From: Candidatus Woesearchaeota archaeon
Lineage (GTDB): Archaea; Nanobdellota; Nanobdellia; Pacearchaeales; GW2011-AR1
NCBI GenBank assembly: GCA_964639615.1
Contig: CAZXHH010000001.1
Span: forward strand, 207,247 to 271,246
Length of the DNA: 64,000 bases
Direction of reading: 5' to 3'
Shown here: positions 43,928-54,749 of the stretch, piece by piece
Position numbering within the stretch: position 1 is the first letter of the stretch
Layout of the letters: the number at the start of each line of letters is the position of its first letter
The notes under the pieces: generated by a model
The model's input: only the letters and a program-made list of their open reading frames with translations
Database searches by the model: none
Told to the model about the DNA's origin: nothing
Made by a program: the position numbers and the translations under genes

Positions 43928-46762
43928 ATGGATAATAATGAAGGTATTAAGAAGTATTTTGTTAAAAATAAATATAATTTTATATTCTCTATTTTAGCTG
44001 TATTTTCGTTCCTATTTTTTATATTTAGTGCAGCAAAATTGGATTTGAAAATAAATCTTCTAAACCAGATATTAGGTTTATTTTCTCCTGGTATGTGGTT
44101 TTTACTATTCCTTGCGCTAGTGATATCTTCTACTCTTGCTTATTTTGAGAAATTTAAATTGCTTGCTTTACCTCTATTAATTTGGTTATTAATATTTAGT
44201 ATTGATTTTAGAACAGCAAATGTCTCACAATTAATTGATGTCTCAACAGGAAATTATACTCTTGGACCAGATTTAGATCCTTTTTTATATCTAAGACTTG
44301 CACAAGATATTAATATTGGGAATTTATCTACAGCAGATTGTATTAGATATGCTCCAGCGTGTGCAAACAATTATGCTCTCTCAAATTTAATGCCCTTAAC
44401 AATTGTCATATTTTACAGAATAATCTCTCTATTTACAGATATTTCTCTTACTTATGCTGCAATAATAACTTCAGTTATTTTATTTTCAATATCTATTATT
44501 GGATTTTTCCTCTTCACAAAAACAATTTTCTCTTTTAAAATTGATAAAGTTAAAGCATCTTTGATTGCATTAATCGGGGCAATTTTATATGCTGTTGCTC
44601 CTTCAATGCTTCATAGAACAACTGGAGGTATTCCTGAAATTGAAAGTTTAGGATTAGCTTTCTTCTGGTTTGCATTCTTATTTTATGCACTTGCTTGGAA
44701 AAGCAACAATAAATACAAATGGGTAATCTTTGGGGTTATTGCTGCAATATTTACAGAATTAATGTCTTTCTCTTGGGGAGGATATAGATTTATATTTATT
44801 GTCCTAGCACTTGCAACATTTGTTATTTTCTTTTTAGAAAGAGACATAAAGAAGAACATAATTATCTTCTCGTCCTGGTTTATTCCTGCTATAATAGTAG
44901 AATTTATTAAATTTAAGAGCATCTCTGCAGTACTATTATCATTATCTGGTCCTGGAGCAGCTGTTGCAATATTCTTATTATTGATTTTACAGGCAATTTT
45001 CTTTAAATTTAAATTAAATAAAAAATTTGAAAAAATAAAATTATCGAACAGTGTAAAGATTTTAATTTTAACACTTATTGTTGGAATTTTAGGATTACTT
45101 ATTATAGATCCAAAATTAATAATTACTATACCTTCAAGAATAATAGAAGGTTTATTATATCCTTTTGGTAAAGAAAGAGTTAGCTTAACAGTTGCTGAAA
45201 ACGCTGCACCTTATTTATCACAAGCAATGGCAGAATTTGGTTATTTAGTTTGGGCATTCTTAGCTTCTATTTTTATTTTATTCTATGAATCTGTTAAGCA
45301 TTTTAATCTTAAAGATAAAATTAAACTGAATGCTGCATTTGCTATCTTTATTTTATGTTTCTTCTTCACTAGGCTTTCTTCAACAAGCATTTTTAGTGGA
45401 GATAATTTCATCTCTCATTTTGTTTATTTTGCTGGATTAATTATATTCATTGTTACTGCATTTACAATTGATAGAAAAAATTATGAAAATAAATCTGCAT
45501 TTAAAGAAATAGATTTTTCATATGTTCTACTTTTAGCTTTTGCTTTTTGGGGAATTGTTTCAATGAGAGGAGCAGTTAGATTATTTTTTATAGTATCACC
45601 AATGATAATTCTTGTTTCTGCTGTACTTCCATATAAACTTTTTGAATACACTAAAAAATCAAAAGATGAATTAGCAAAAACAATATTAATTATCCTTTTA
45701 ATAACAACTGCAATAGTATTTTTCTATACTTTTATTCAATATTCTGCTTCTTCAGAAGCTCAAGCAAAAGCAACAGTTCCTGGGATATATGAACAACAAT
45801 GGCAAGAAGCAATGTCTTGGGTAAGGGAAAATACTCCACAAGATTCTGTTCTTGTGCACTGGTGGGATTATGGATATTGGGTTCAGACTATTGGAGAAAG
45901 ACCAACAGTAACTGATGGTGGACACTTTACAGCATATTGGGACCATTTGATAGGAAGATATTTATTAACAACTCCGTTCCCAAAAACTGCTCTAAGTTTT
46001 ATGAAAACACATAATGTTTCATATTTACTAATTGATTCAACAGATGTTGGAAAATATTCTGCTTATGCAAGCATTGGAAGTGATAAAACTGGGCAAGATA
46101 GATATTCTTGGTTACCTGTAATGCAATCTAATCCTTCACAAACACAAGAAACAAAGAATGGAACAATTAGAATCTATAATGGAGGATATGCTATTGATAA
46201 AGATATAATTTATGATAATGCAGGCAAAAAAACCCTTTTATCTACTGCAAACACTGGTTTAGCTGGTGTTGTTGTTGAATTTAAGAATACTTCTATAAGC
46301 CAACCTGAAGCAGTTTTCGTGCAAAATGGGAATCAGATAAGAATACCCATAAGATATGTTTATTTTAATGGAGAATTATTTGATTATAAAAAAGGGCTAA
46401 ATTCTACAGTTATAATCTTTCCTGCGTTAGTAAATTCAAATGGGGGAGTTGCTCTTGATGCTGCAGGTGCAATGATTTATTTATCTGAAAAAACAAAAGA
46501 TAGCTTATTTGCAAAATTATATCTTATGGATGACCCATTAAACGAATATCCTACTTTAAAATTAGCCCACTCTGAGCCAGATACTGTTGTTGCTTATTTG
46601 AATTCGCAAGGGGCAAATCTTGATTATGTTTATTATAGTGGATTTAGGGGCCCAATAAAAATATGGGAAGTTAATTATCCAGCAAATACTGCTGTTGTTG
46701 ATGGATTTTTAGATCTTTCTGGAGAATATGCTCAATTTGATAACTCGACATTTACAAAATGA
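43928..46762 (+). CDS. aglB: Oligosaccharyltransferase AglB (STT3)
   Basis: WWDYG motif, TDGG, multi-TM N-terminal region with DLDPFLYLR. Confidence 0.93.
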   Translation: MDNNEGIKKYFVKNKYNFIFSILAVFSFLFFIFSAAKLDLKINLLNQILGLFSPGMWFLLFLALVISSTLAYFEKFKLLALPLLIWLLIFSIDFRTANVSQLIDVSTGNYTLGPDLDPFLYLRLAQDINIGNLSTADCIRYAPACANNYALSNLMPLTIVIFYRIISLFTDISLTYAAIITSVILFSISIIGFFLFTKTIFSFKIDKVKASLIALIGAILYAVAPSMLHRTTGGIPEIESLGLAFFWFAFLFYALAWKSNNKYKWVIFGVIAAIFTELMSFSWGGYRFIFIVLALATFVIFFLERDIKKNIIIFSSWFIPAIIVEFIKFKSISAVLLSLSGPGAAVAIFLLLILQAIFFKFKLNKKFEKIKLSNSVKILILTLIVGILGLLIIDPKLIITIPSRIIEGLLYPFGKERVSLTVAENAAPYLSQAMAEFGYLVWAFLASIFILFYESVKHFNLKDKIKLNAAFAIFILCFFFTRLSSTSIFSGDNFISHFVYFAGLIIFIVTAFTIDRKNYENKSAFKEIDFSYVLLLAFAFWGIVSMRGAVRLFFIVSPMIILVSAVLPYKLFEYTKKSKDELAKTILIILLITTAIVFFYTFIQYSASSEAQAKATVPGIYEQQWQEAMSWVRENTPQDSVLVHWWDYGYWVQTIGERPTVTDGGHFTAYWDHLIGRYLLTTPFPKTALSFMKTHNVSYLLIDSTDVGKYSAYASIGSDKTGQDRYSWLPVMQSNPSQTQETKNGTIRIYNGGYAIDKDIIYDNAGKKTLLSTANTGLAGVVVEFKNTSISQPEAVFVQNGNQIRIPIRYVYFNGELFDYKKGLNSTVIIFPALVNSNGGVALDAAGAMIYLSEKTKDSLFAKLYLMDDPLNEYPTLKLAHSEPDTVVAYLNSQGANLDYVYYSGFRGPIKIWEVNYPANTAVVDGFLDLSGEYAQFDNSTFTK

Positions 46763-47904
46763 AACCAAAGATTGCGTTATTCCACCCTTGGATAAAAAGC
46801 CGAGGAGGAGCTGAAAAGATAATTCTTGAATTAATGAAAATTAAAGAAATTCAATTTGATTTATATACCTGGATTTATGAAAAGGATAATACTTTTGAGG
46901 AATTTAAAAATTATAAAATAAATATTGTTGGTAAGAAATTTTTTAGGAGGTTTGCTAGAACTAATTTCTTAAGAGGGATTTTTTTTATTAATAGCTTGTT
47001 CTCAAATATACCTTTAGAGAAGTATGATGCTTTTTTAGTTTCCACATCGGGAGTCGCGGAATTTATATTCTTTAAAAATTCAAAAGCTGGAAAAAATTAT
47101 GCATATGTGCACACCCCTTTAAGAGATGCAGATGATGAGATAATGAATTGGAATTTTAAAAATAGATACAAAAACCCCATTAAGAAAATAATCTACAAGA
47201 TTGCAGTTTCTTTATATAAAACATTGGAAAAAAGTGCATGGAAGAAAATAAATTTTGCTATTTTTAATTCTAATCTAACACTTGAAAGAGCAAAGAAAAG
47301 AAACTTAATAGACTCTAAAAAAAGTAAAGTAATCTATTTCCCTCCTGAAATTAAACTAGAAGAGATTAAATCAGCAAATGGACAATATTTTTTGTATCCT
47401 TCTAGAATAAATACTCCAAAAAGGCAAGATATTCTAATTGAGGCTTGGAAAATGTTTTCAATGAAACATCCAAATGAAAAATTAGTTATTGCTGGAAGCC
47501 TTGAAAATAAAAAATTTTATGGAAAATTATTAAAATTGTCAAAAGGAGAAAAGAATATTAAAATAATTACTAATCTTAACAACAAGGAATTTTCTAAAAT
47601 GTATCAAAATTCAAAGGCAATTATATTTGTCCCATATATTGAAGATTATGGGATTGTTCCTTTTGAAGCATTAGCATATGGAAAATCTTTGATTGCTGTA
47701 AATAAAGGAGGATATGTTGATTTAATTAAAAATGTTCAACAATATTATCCAATAAAAGAAGATATTAATGAAAATAAACTTATTGAAAATATTAATCAAA
47801 CATTGGAAACATTCATGAAAAGTAAAATTAAACCAAAAAGAATTATTTTGAATAATTTGAATATGCAAAATTATAAAAAGGAGATTATCGACGTATTAAA
47901 ATGA
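46759..47904 (+). CDS. GT4 glycosyltransferase
   Basis: GGAEK, EDYGIVPFEALAYG. Confidence 0.9.
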   Translation: MKPKIALFHPWIKSRGGAEKIILELMKIKEIQFDLYTWIYEKDNTFEEFKNYKINIVGKKFFRRFARTNFLRGIFFINSLFSNIPLEKYDAFLVSTSGVAEFIFFKNSKAGKNYAYVHTPLRDADDEIMNWNFKNRYKNPIKKIIYKIAVSLYKTLEKSAWKKINFAIFNSNLTLERAKKRNLIDSKKSKVIYFPPEIKLEEIKSANGQYFLYPSRINTPKRQDILIEAWKMFSMKHPNEKLVIAGSLENKKFYGKLLKLSKGEKNIKIITNLNNKEFSKMYQNSKAIIFVPYIEDYGIVPFEALAYGKSLIAVNKGGYVDLIKNVQQYYPIKEDINENKLIENINQTLETFMKSKIKPKRIILNNLNMQNYKKEIIDVLK

Positions 47905-48707
47905 AAAGTGAAATGATTTCAGTTACAATTCCAACTTACAATTCTGAAAAAACATTGGATCAATGTTTAAATCTTGTAAAAAAACAGACCTATAAAAATA
48001 TAGAAATTTTGATAATTGACAGTTACAGCAAAGATAAAACACTTGATATTGCAAAAAAATACGGTGCTAGAATTATTATGTGCAAAGGAAAACTTTTGGA
48101 AGCAAGAATTGCTGGAGCAAAAGCAAGCAAGGGAAAGTATGTTTTACTTTTAGACTCTGATCAGATGTTAATTAACAATACTGTTTTTGAAAGAGCAGTA
48201 AAAAAAATGAAAGATTATGATAGCTTATGGTTCTGGGAGAGAGCATATAATAGAAAAAAGTTTTTACCTTCATTATATGATGCAGATAGAATGCTTGTAC
48301 AAACTTACTGGGAACCAAGCGACGACATTGTTCTTCCAAGATTTTTTAGAAGAGACCTTTTAGTAAAGGCATATAGCAAAATCCCAAAAAAATATATTAA
48401 TATCTGTGCTGCACAAGATCATATTATTACTTGGTATGAATTTAAGCAATTAACTAGCAAAAATGGTATGGTTGAAAATGCTGTTGAACATATGGAACCA
48501 GATACATTAAAAGTTCTTTTCAGAAAACAGTGGAGATGGGGAAAAACAACTAAAGACTTCTATAAAACAGGACTTTATAGAGAATTAATTACAAAAAAAG
48601 ATAGTTTTAGAAGATTCAAGATAAAACATTTAGGTTGGAGTTTTAAGAGCTTCTTGTTAAGAATTTTGAGAGGTGTTCCATATAAATTAGGTTATTGGTT
48701 TGGTTAA
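47901..48707 (+). CDS. GT2 glycosyltransferase
   Basis: SVTIPTYNSE, IDSYSKD, LDSD. Confidence 0.9.
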   Translation: MKSEMISVTIPTYNSEKTLDQCLNLVKKQTYKNIEILIIDSYSKDKTLDIAKKYGARIIMCKGKLLEARIAGAKASKGKYVLLLDSDQMLINNTVFERAVKKMKDYDSLWFWERAYNRKKFLPSLYDADRMLVQTYWEPSDDIVLPRFFRRDLLVKAYSKIPKKYINICAAQDHIITWYEFKQLTSKNGMVENAVEHMEPDTLKVLFRKQWRWGKTTKDFYKTGLYRELITKKDSFRRFKIKHLGWSFKSFLLRILRGVPYKLGYWFG

Positions 48708-48709
48708 GA

Positions 48710-49624
48710 ATGGTTGAACCAAAAGTAGCAATAGTAATTAGCACTTACAATCAATTAGAATTATTAAAAATTAATCTTCAGTCAATTAAATCTAAAACGG
48801 ATTACAAAAACTATAGAGTTTATCTTGTCGACGATAGCGGTACAGAGAAAATTGCAAAAGCAATAGCTAAAGAATTCAAATGGGTTATAACTATATCAGA
48901 TAATAAAAATAGAGGTTTTTCAGGTGCAAATAACATTGGATTAAAGAAAGCAATAAAAGACTATAATCCAGATTATTTTCTTTTATTAAATGATGATGCA
49001 GAGATAATTGAAAAAAATTGGTTGAAAAGATTAATCAAAATTGGAGAAGAAAATCCTACAGCAGGGATTTTAGGATGTAAAATAATCTATCCAGATAAAA
49101 CCCTGCAAAATATGGGAGGATATCTAAGAGGATGGAGAATAGAATTAGAATTAAACAAGAATAAAAAAGAAATATTTGAAGTCGATCATGTTATGGGAGC
49201 TTTTTTGCTAATAAAAAAAGCTGTAATTAAAAATATTGGGCTTTTAGATGAAAAATATGCTCCTTATTTATTGGAAGACACAGATTATTGTTTAAAAGCT
49301 AAGGAAAAAGGATGGAAAATTTTAAGTGTCCCTTTTGTGCAGGTTATTCATAAAAAAGGTAAAAGCATTGACACCTTAGAAGACAAAAAAAGACTACTTG
49401 TTCGTTTTAAGAATGATATTATTTTTTCTAAAAGCCACCTAAAAGGATGGAATAAATTTTTCAGGATTTTTATTTATCTTCCAATGGTTGCTCTATTCAA
49501 AAAGAAAAATGATACTGATGACTTAAAATTAAACAAATTTGTTCTTAGGAAAAAGTTTATAAGAAATTTATATCTTTGGTTTATTGCGTTTTTTCCAAGA
49601 ATATACTCAAAAAGAATAAAATGA
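48710..49624 (+). CDS. GT2 glycosyltransferase (WbbL-like)
   Basis: VDDSG, NRGFSGANN, LLNDD, EDTDYC. Confidence 0.9.
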   Translation: MVEPKVAIVISTYNQLELLKINLQSIKSKTDYKNYRVYLVDDSGTEKIAKAIAKEFKWVITISDNKNRGFSGANNIGLKKAIKDYNPDYFLLLNDDAEIIEKNWLKRLIKIGEENPTAGILGCKIIYPDKTLQNMGGYLRGWRIELELNKNKKEIFEVDHVMGAFLLIKKAVIKNIGLLDEKYAPYLLEDTDYCLKAKEKGWKILSVPFVQVIHKKGKSIDTLEDKKRLLVRFKNDIIFSKSHLKGWNKFFRIFIYLPMVALFKKKNDTDDLKLNKFVLRKKFIRNLYLWFIAFFPRIYSKRIK

Positions 49625-50634
49625 TAACAAAAACTTTAAGCAAAATAAGATCAAGTAGAATAGGATATAATTTAGGAAGAAAATTTCTTTCAACTCCTTT
49701 TATAGTTAATAACAAAATCTATGATTCATTGTATGATAAAAAAATATCAAAGACTATAGGCAAATTAAACTCTAGCTATCCTTTAGGGGTAGACATAGGA
49801 ACAACTAATTTGTGCAATGCTGAATGCATAATGTGCCCGCATTCTAGATTAAAAAAAATGGGTGTAATGGATTTTAAACTATATAAGAAAATTATTGATA
49901 ATTGTGCAAAACTTAAAATAAAATATATAACTTTATCCTTTTTTGGTGAGCCTCTTTTAGACAAAGGACTTATTGAAAAAATAAAATATGCAAAGTCAAA
50001 AGACATGTTTGTAGCATTTTACTCAAATGCTTCTTTATTGAATGAAACTTGGGCAGAAAATTTAATCAAATCTGGTTTAGATAGCATAACAATAAGCTTT
50101 GATGGAAATTCTAAAGAAACTTATGAAAGAATAAGAAAAAAATTAAATTTTGAAACAACTAAAAAAAATATTCTTGGATTAATCCAGGCTAAAATAAAAC
50201 TCAAAAAAGATAGTCCTAAAATAAATCTTGTTTTAGTAGAATTAGAAGAAAACAAGAAGGAGATAAAAAATTTCTACAAAGAATGGAAAGGTAAGGTTGA
50301 CAGCATTAATATTATTAATATGAGAAATTGGGCAAATGATATTCAAAAAGAAGGTACAAAAGAAAGTTTCCATTTTAACAGAAAGATAAAGAGAAAACCA
50401 TGTGCTCTTATTTGGAGAAAAATGGTTGTAGACTGGAATGGGGAAGTAGTATTGTGCTGCGATGATTGGAATCATTCTACTGTAATTGGAAATTTAAAAA
50501 AAGAATCTATAGAACAAATATGGAAAGGAGAAAAATTAAAGAAAATTAGAGAAGCGCATGTTAAAGGAGAATTTGGCAAAGTGGCTTTATGCTCTGGATG
50601 TAATAAAAAATCTGTTTGGTGGTTAATTGATTAA
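49621..50634 (+). CDS. Radical SAM / SPASM-domain protein
   Basis: CNAECIMC, FGEPLL, SPASM Cys (PC..CCDD..CSGC); start at the ATGA overlap. Confidence 0.9.
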   Translation: MITKTLSKIRSSRIGYNLGRKFLSTPFIVNNKIYDSLYDKKISKTIGKLNSSYPLGVDIGTTNLCNAECIMCPHSRLKKMGVMDFKLYKKIIDNCAKLKIKYITLSFFGEPLLDKGLIEKIKYAKSKDMFVAFYSNASLLNETWAENLIKSGLDSITISFDGNSKETYERIRKKLNFETTKKNILGLIQAKIKLKKDSPKINLVLVELEENKKEIKNFYKEWKGKVDSINIINMRNWANDIQKEGTKESFHFNRKIKRKPCALIWRKMVVDWNGEVVLCCDDWNHSTVIGNLKKESIEQIWKGEKLKKIREAHVKGEFGKVALCSGCNKKSVWWLID

Positions 50635-50673
50635 ATTCAATAGCTATTTAAATTATAAATGCTCTTTTTATGA

Positions 50674-51813
50674 ATGAAACAGAAAATATGTTTTGTGAAT
50701 GCTGTAAGACCAGATTTTCTTGGAGGAATAAGCAATTATCAAAATAATTTAATAAAATATCTTCAGTTAAAAGATAAAAATCAAGATATTTCTTGGATTT
50801 ACAAATCCAACAGACATGAAAATTATAAAAAAGAGGGGGTTAATTACATAGGCATTAAAGTTAAAAAAATACCTTTAATCGACGACATTATTTTTAATAT
50901 CAAAGTAAGAAAATATCTAAAAAATAATTTTTTTAATATAATCAATTCGCATGCTATATGGGGATATTGGATGAATAAATACAAAAAGAGCGGGATTCAA
51001 ACCTTAATTCATACGTATCATGGTGTAACTTACCCATATTACAAGGTACATTTACAAAGATTTAATTTCATAACCCGTATTTTAATGTCTCCCATATTGC
51101 TATATAGTTATTTAATTGAAAAACCTCCAATAAAAAAGGCAGATAGAATAATTTGTGTTTCTGAAAAAGTTAAAGGCCAAGTCCAAAACTTATATGAAAA
51201 CGTGGATAAGGCTTTTGTGATAAGAACAGGTGTAGATTTGAACAGTTTTAAGATGAGAAACAAACTTTTATGCAGAAAAGAGCTTGGGTTAGACAAAGAT
51301 AAAATTTACGGGTTACATGTTGCAAAAGGAGGATTTTGGATTAAGGGCTTGGATAGAGCAGTTAAATTATCAGAAAAGATCTATGAAAAAGATAAGAATT
51401 ATAGACTAATTGTTATAGGGCCAAATTATGATAAAAATAAAAGATTCCTTAATAAAGAATTTATTATTTCGCTAGAAGGAATGTCTAGAGAAAAGCTTTC
51501 ACTTTATAACTCTGCTTCAGACATTTTCTTTTGCTTATCTAGATATGAAGGAGGGGCCCCAACATTAGTAGTTTCTGAGGCAATGGCTTCTGGATGCATT
51601 GTTGTATGCTCAGAAGATTCCCAACAGGAAATAATTCATGATAAAATAAATGGGATAGTTATAAATAAATATGAAGAAAAAGAAGCAGAAGAAATTTTAA
51701 AAACAATAAACAATACAAAAACAAGAGATAAAATAGTAGAAAATTCATTAAAATCTATTAAGAATTTATCTCTTGAAAACTGGGGTAAAAAATACCTTGA
51801 ATTCTTAAAATGA
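50674..51813 (+). CDS. GT4 glycosyltransferase
   Basis: HTYHG, TGVDL, YEGG..EAMASG. Confidence 0.9.
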   Translation: MKQKICFVNAVRPDFLGGISNYQNNLIKYLQLKDKNQDISWIYKSNRHENYKKEGVNYIGIKVKKIPLIDDIIFNIKVRKYLKNNFFNIINSHAIWGYWMNKYKKSGIQTLIHTYHGVTYPYYKVHLQRFNFITRILMSPILLYSYLIEKPPIKKADRIICVSEKVKGQVQNLYENVDKAFVIRTGVDLNSFKMRNKLLCRKELGLDKDKIYGLHVAKGGFWIKGLDRAVKLSEKIYEKDKNYRLIVIGPNYDKNKRFLNKEFIISLEGMSREKLSLYNSASDIFFCLSRYEGGAPTLVVSEAMASGCIVVCSEDSQQEIIHDKINGIVINKYEEKEAEEILKTINNTKTRDKIVENSLKSIKNLSLENWGKKYLEFLK

Positions 51814-52760
51814 AAAATATATCTAATTGCCCTATTTGCAATAATAAAGAGATTAACTTTATATTTAAGCAAAATGACAAAAATTTGAATATTAACGATA
51901 AATTTTCTCTTTACAAATGTAAAAATTGCAAGTGCATTTTTTTGAATCCTCAACCATCGTTTAAAGAATTATCCAAATACTACTCTTCGGATAAGTATTA
52001 TTCATTATCTAGGGTGAATTTATCTGCAAAAACAAAATTGAAGATTAAACTTTACAATATTTATTTTAATAAAGAAAAAAACAACTTCTTTCTTAAACTC
52101 CTTTTTTCTCCTTTAAAGTTCATTGTTCGTGCTACCGAATTAGTAAAAAATGGAAAAATATTAGATATTGGAAGTGGTTCTGGTCAATTTCTTTATGAAA
52201 TGAAGCAACTTGGAATGCAAACGTATGGCGTAGAACCTGGAGACTTTGACAAAAATATAAATGAAAAATATAAATTAAATATAAAAAATTGTGAATTAAA
52301 AGAAGCAAAGTATCATTCAGATTTTTTTGATGTTATAACTATGAATCATGTTTTAGAACATGTTGCAAATCCCCATGAGACTCTTCTTGAGATAAAGAGA
52401 ATTCTTAAAAAAAATGGCATGCTTATTGTGGGCGTCCCAAATACAAATTCCCTTGCCTATAACTTATTTGGAAAAAATTGGCATCAATTGGATGTTCCAA
52501 GACATTTAATGAATTATTCTGATAAAAATATAAGAATATTGCTTGAAAATAACGGATTTAAAATTAAAAAAATAAGATATAACTCAAGGCCAAATCAGTT
52601 TGTTGTTTCATTATATTATCTCTTTGGAATAAAACGAAGAAGTAAGATACTAAACTTAATACTAGGATGCTTATTTGTCCCTTTAACTTGGATTGTGAAT
52701 ACTTTTCATGCTGGAGACCAAATAGAGGTATTTTGTGAAAAAATTAGAATAATTTTCTAA
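51810..52760 (+). CDS. Class I SAM-dependent methyltransferase with N-terminal Zn ribbon
   Basis: CPIC..CKNC; LDIGSGSG; HVLEH. Confidence 0.9.
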   Translation: MKNISNCPICNNKEINFIFKQNDKNLNINDKFSLYKCKNCKCIFLNPQPSFKELSKYYSSDKYYSLSRVNLSAKTKLKIKLYNIYFNKEKNNFFLKLLFSPLKFIVRATELVKNGKILDIGSGSGQFLYEMKQLGMQTYGVEPGDFDKNINEKYKLNIKNCELKEAKYHSDFFDVITMNHVLEHVANPHETLLEIKRILKKNGMLIVGVPNTNSLAYNLFGKNWHQLDVPRHLMNYSDKNIRILLENNGFKIKKIRYNSRPNQFVVSLYYLFGIKRRSKILNLILGCLFVPLTWIVNTFHAGDQIEVFCEKIRIIF

Positions 52761-53691
52761 AACTTTTTATTAACCCAAATGGTAAAAAACTAAGAAGATA
52801 GTAAATTAAGAAAATCTTATCAAATCTGTATTTACTAAAATAGTATTTTATCTCTGTTCTTGTCCTTTTCATTTGATTGTCCTGAAAATTTCCTAAAATG
52901 CTGCATCTTAATTTTATCTTATCAAAATCTGTATCTTCTTTTATTCCCTTGATGATATTTATATCCAATTCGTTATATAAATCATTTCCATTTTTCTCCC
53001 TTTGATAAAAAAATTCCTGTATTTTTTTTGTAAAGAATTCCTGCTTTGCTCTTTTATTCATGCTAATTGAATTTGGAGTTATTCTATATTTAACTACAAA
53101 ATCTTCTAAATTAGTTATTTTTTTATTGTTTGATAACAATCTTAAAAAAAGGTCATATTCATCTGCCCCATCAAATTTATCTCTATAAAAAAGATTCTCT
53201 GAATTTCTCATCATAACTGAAGAATTTACAATTGGATTGGAGACCAACAATTTTTTTCTAATTTTTTTATAATTATCAAATTTTTTGAAGACTCCTAATT
53301 TTTTTCCATTTTCATCAATTATTACTGCAGAACCTCCAATTAAGAATATTTCCGGGTGTCTTTCTAAATAATTGTACTGAATTTCTAATCTCTTTGGTAA
53401 AGATATATCATCTGCATCAAAAGTAGCGATATATTTACCTTTTGCTATTTTCATTCCTTTATTTCTAGATTTTGCAACGCCCAAATTTTTAGAGTTATTT
53501 AAGAGTATAATTCTTTTATCTGCACGTTTATATTTATTAATTACTTTTGATGATTTATCCTTAGAAGAATCGTTAATTATTATGAATTCAAAGTCATTAA
53601 ATGATTGATTTAATATAGAACTTATACTTTCATCCAAATACTTTTCAGCATTATATACTGGCATAATAACTGAGATTAAAGGGGGATTCAT
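52744..53691 (-). CDS. GT2 glycosyltransferase
   Basis: SVIMPVYNAE, NDSSKD, DADD. Confidence 0.9.
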   Translation of the reverse strand: MNPPLISVIMPVYNAEKYLDESISSILNQSFNDFEFIIINDSSKDKSSKVINKYKRADKRIILLNNSKNLGVAKSRNKGMKIAKGKYIATFDADDISLPKRLEIQYNYLERHPEIFLIGGSAVIIDENGKKLGVFKKFDNYKKIRKKLLVSNPIVNSSVMMRNSENLFYRDKFDGADEYDLFLRLLSNNKKITNLEDFVVKYRITPNSISMNKRAKQEFFTKKIQEFFYQREKNGNDLYNELDINIIKGIKEDTDFDKIKLRCSILGNFQDNQMKRTRTEIKYYFSKYRFDKIFLIYYLLSFLPFGLIKSFRKLF

Positions 53692-53768
53692 TTAATACGA
53701 AGAATTTAAAGATTTTTAATTCTTTTTACAACATAAATGTTTAAAAGTCTCAAAAAATGAAGAATTCT

Positions 53769-54749
53769 ATGAAGAAAGCTTTAGTTTGCGGTGCTGGTGG
53801 ATTCATAGGAAGCCATTTAGTAACTTATCTTAAAAATAAGGGTTACTGGGTTAGGGGAGTAGATTTAAAGTTTCCTGAATTTTCTAAAACAAAGGCAGAC
53901 GAATTTTTAAAGTTAGATTTACGAGGAAGAACCAATTGTAGGAAAGCACTTTCATTAAAAGAAGGAAAATTTGATGAAGTTTATCAATTGGCTGCAGATA
54001 TGGGGGGAATGGGGTTCATTCATTCTGCTGAATGCGATATAATGCATAACAGCGCTTTAATAAATATTAATATGGCATATATTGCAATAAAAGAGTTTAA
54101 AGTTCCAAAATTATTCTTTTCATCTTCTGTTTGCGTTTATAGAGATATGAAAAAGGGGGAAAAGATGATAGATGAAGAAGATGCTGTTCCAGCTAATCCA
54201 GATAATGAATATGGTTGGGAAAAACTTTATGCAGAAAGAATCTATCAAGCTTTCGGAAGAAAATATGGTACTAAAGTTAGGATAGCTCGTTTTAACAATT
54301 GCTATGGTCCTGAAGGAACATGGAAAGGTGGAAGGGAGAAAGCTCCAGCGGCTTTATCAAGAAAAATAGCTGAAATTAGTGCGCATTCTGGAGAAATAGA
54401 AGTATGGGGAGATGGAAAAGCAAGAAGAGTATTTGTTTACATTAAAGATTTGCTTGAAGGTATTTATCTAATAATGCATTCAAATGAAGACAAAGCAATA
54501 AATATAGGACCTACAGAAGATATTTCAATAAACGATTTTGCAACATTAATTTCAAAAATAGCAGGAAAAGAGATAAAAATAAAACATATTGACGGTCCTG
54601 TTGGAGTTGAAGCGAGAAATTTTTCAAATAAAAAAATCCTTTCATTGGGATGGAAACAAAAATATTCTTTAGAAGAAGGCATGAAAGAAACATATATTTG
54701 GATTGAAAGACAAGTTAAGAAAAGCAAGATTATCCAAAAATCTCCTTAA
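53769..54749 (+). CDS. GDP-mannose 3',5'-epimerase-like NAD-dependent epimerase
   Basis: GAGGFIGSHL, QLAADMGGMGFI, YGWEKL, GPEGTWKGGREKAPAA; start at Met5 by TATA spacing. Confidence 0.85.
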   Translation: MKKALVCGAGGFIGSHLVTYLKNKGYWVRGVDLKFPEFSKTKADEFLKLDLRGRTNCRKALSLKEGKFDEVYQLAADMGGMGFIHSAECDIMHNSALININMAYIAIKEFKVPKLFFSSSVCVYRDMKKGEKMIDEEDAVPANPDNEYGWEKLYAERIYQAFGRKYGTKVRIARFNNCYGPEGTWKGGREKAPAALSRKIAEISAHSGEIEVWGDGKARRVFVYIKDLLEGIYLIMHSNEDKAINIGPTEDISINDFATLISKIAGKEIKIKHIDGPVGVEARNFSNKKILSLGWKQKYSLEEGMKETYIWIERQVKKSKIIQKSP

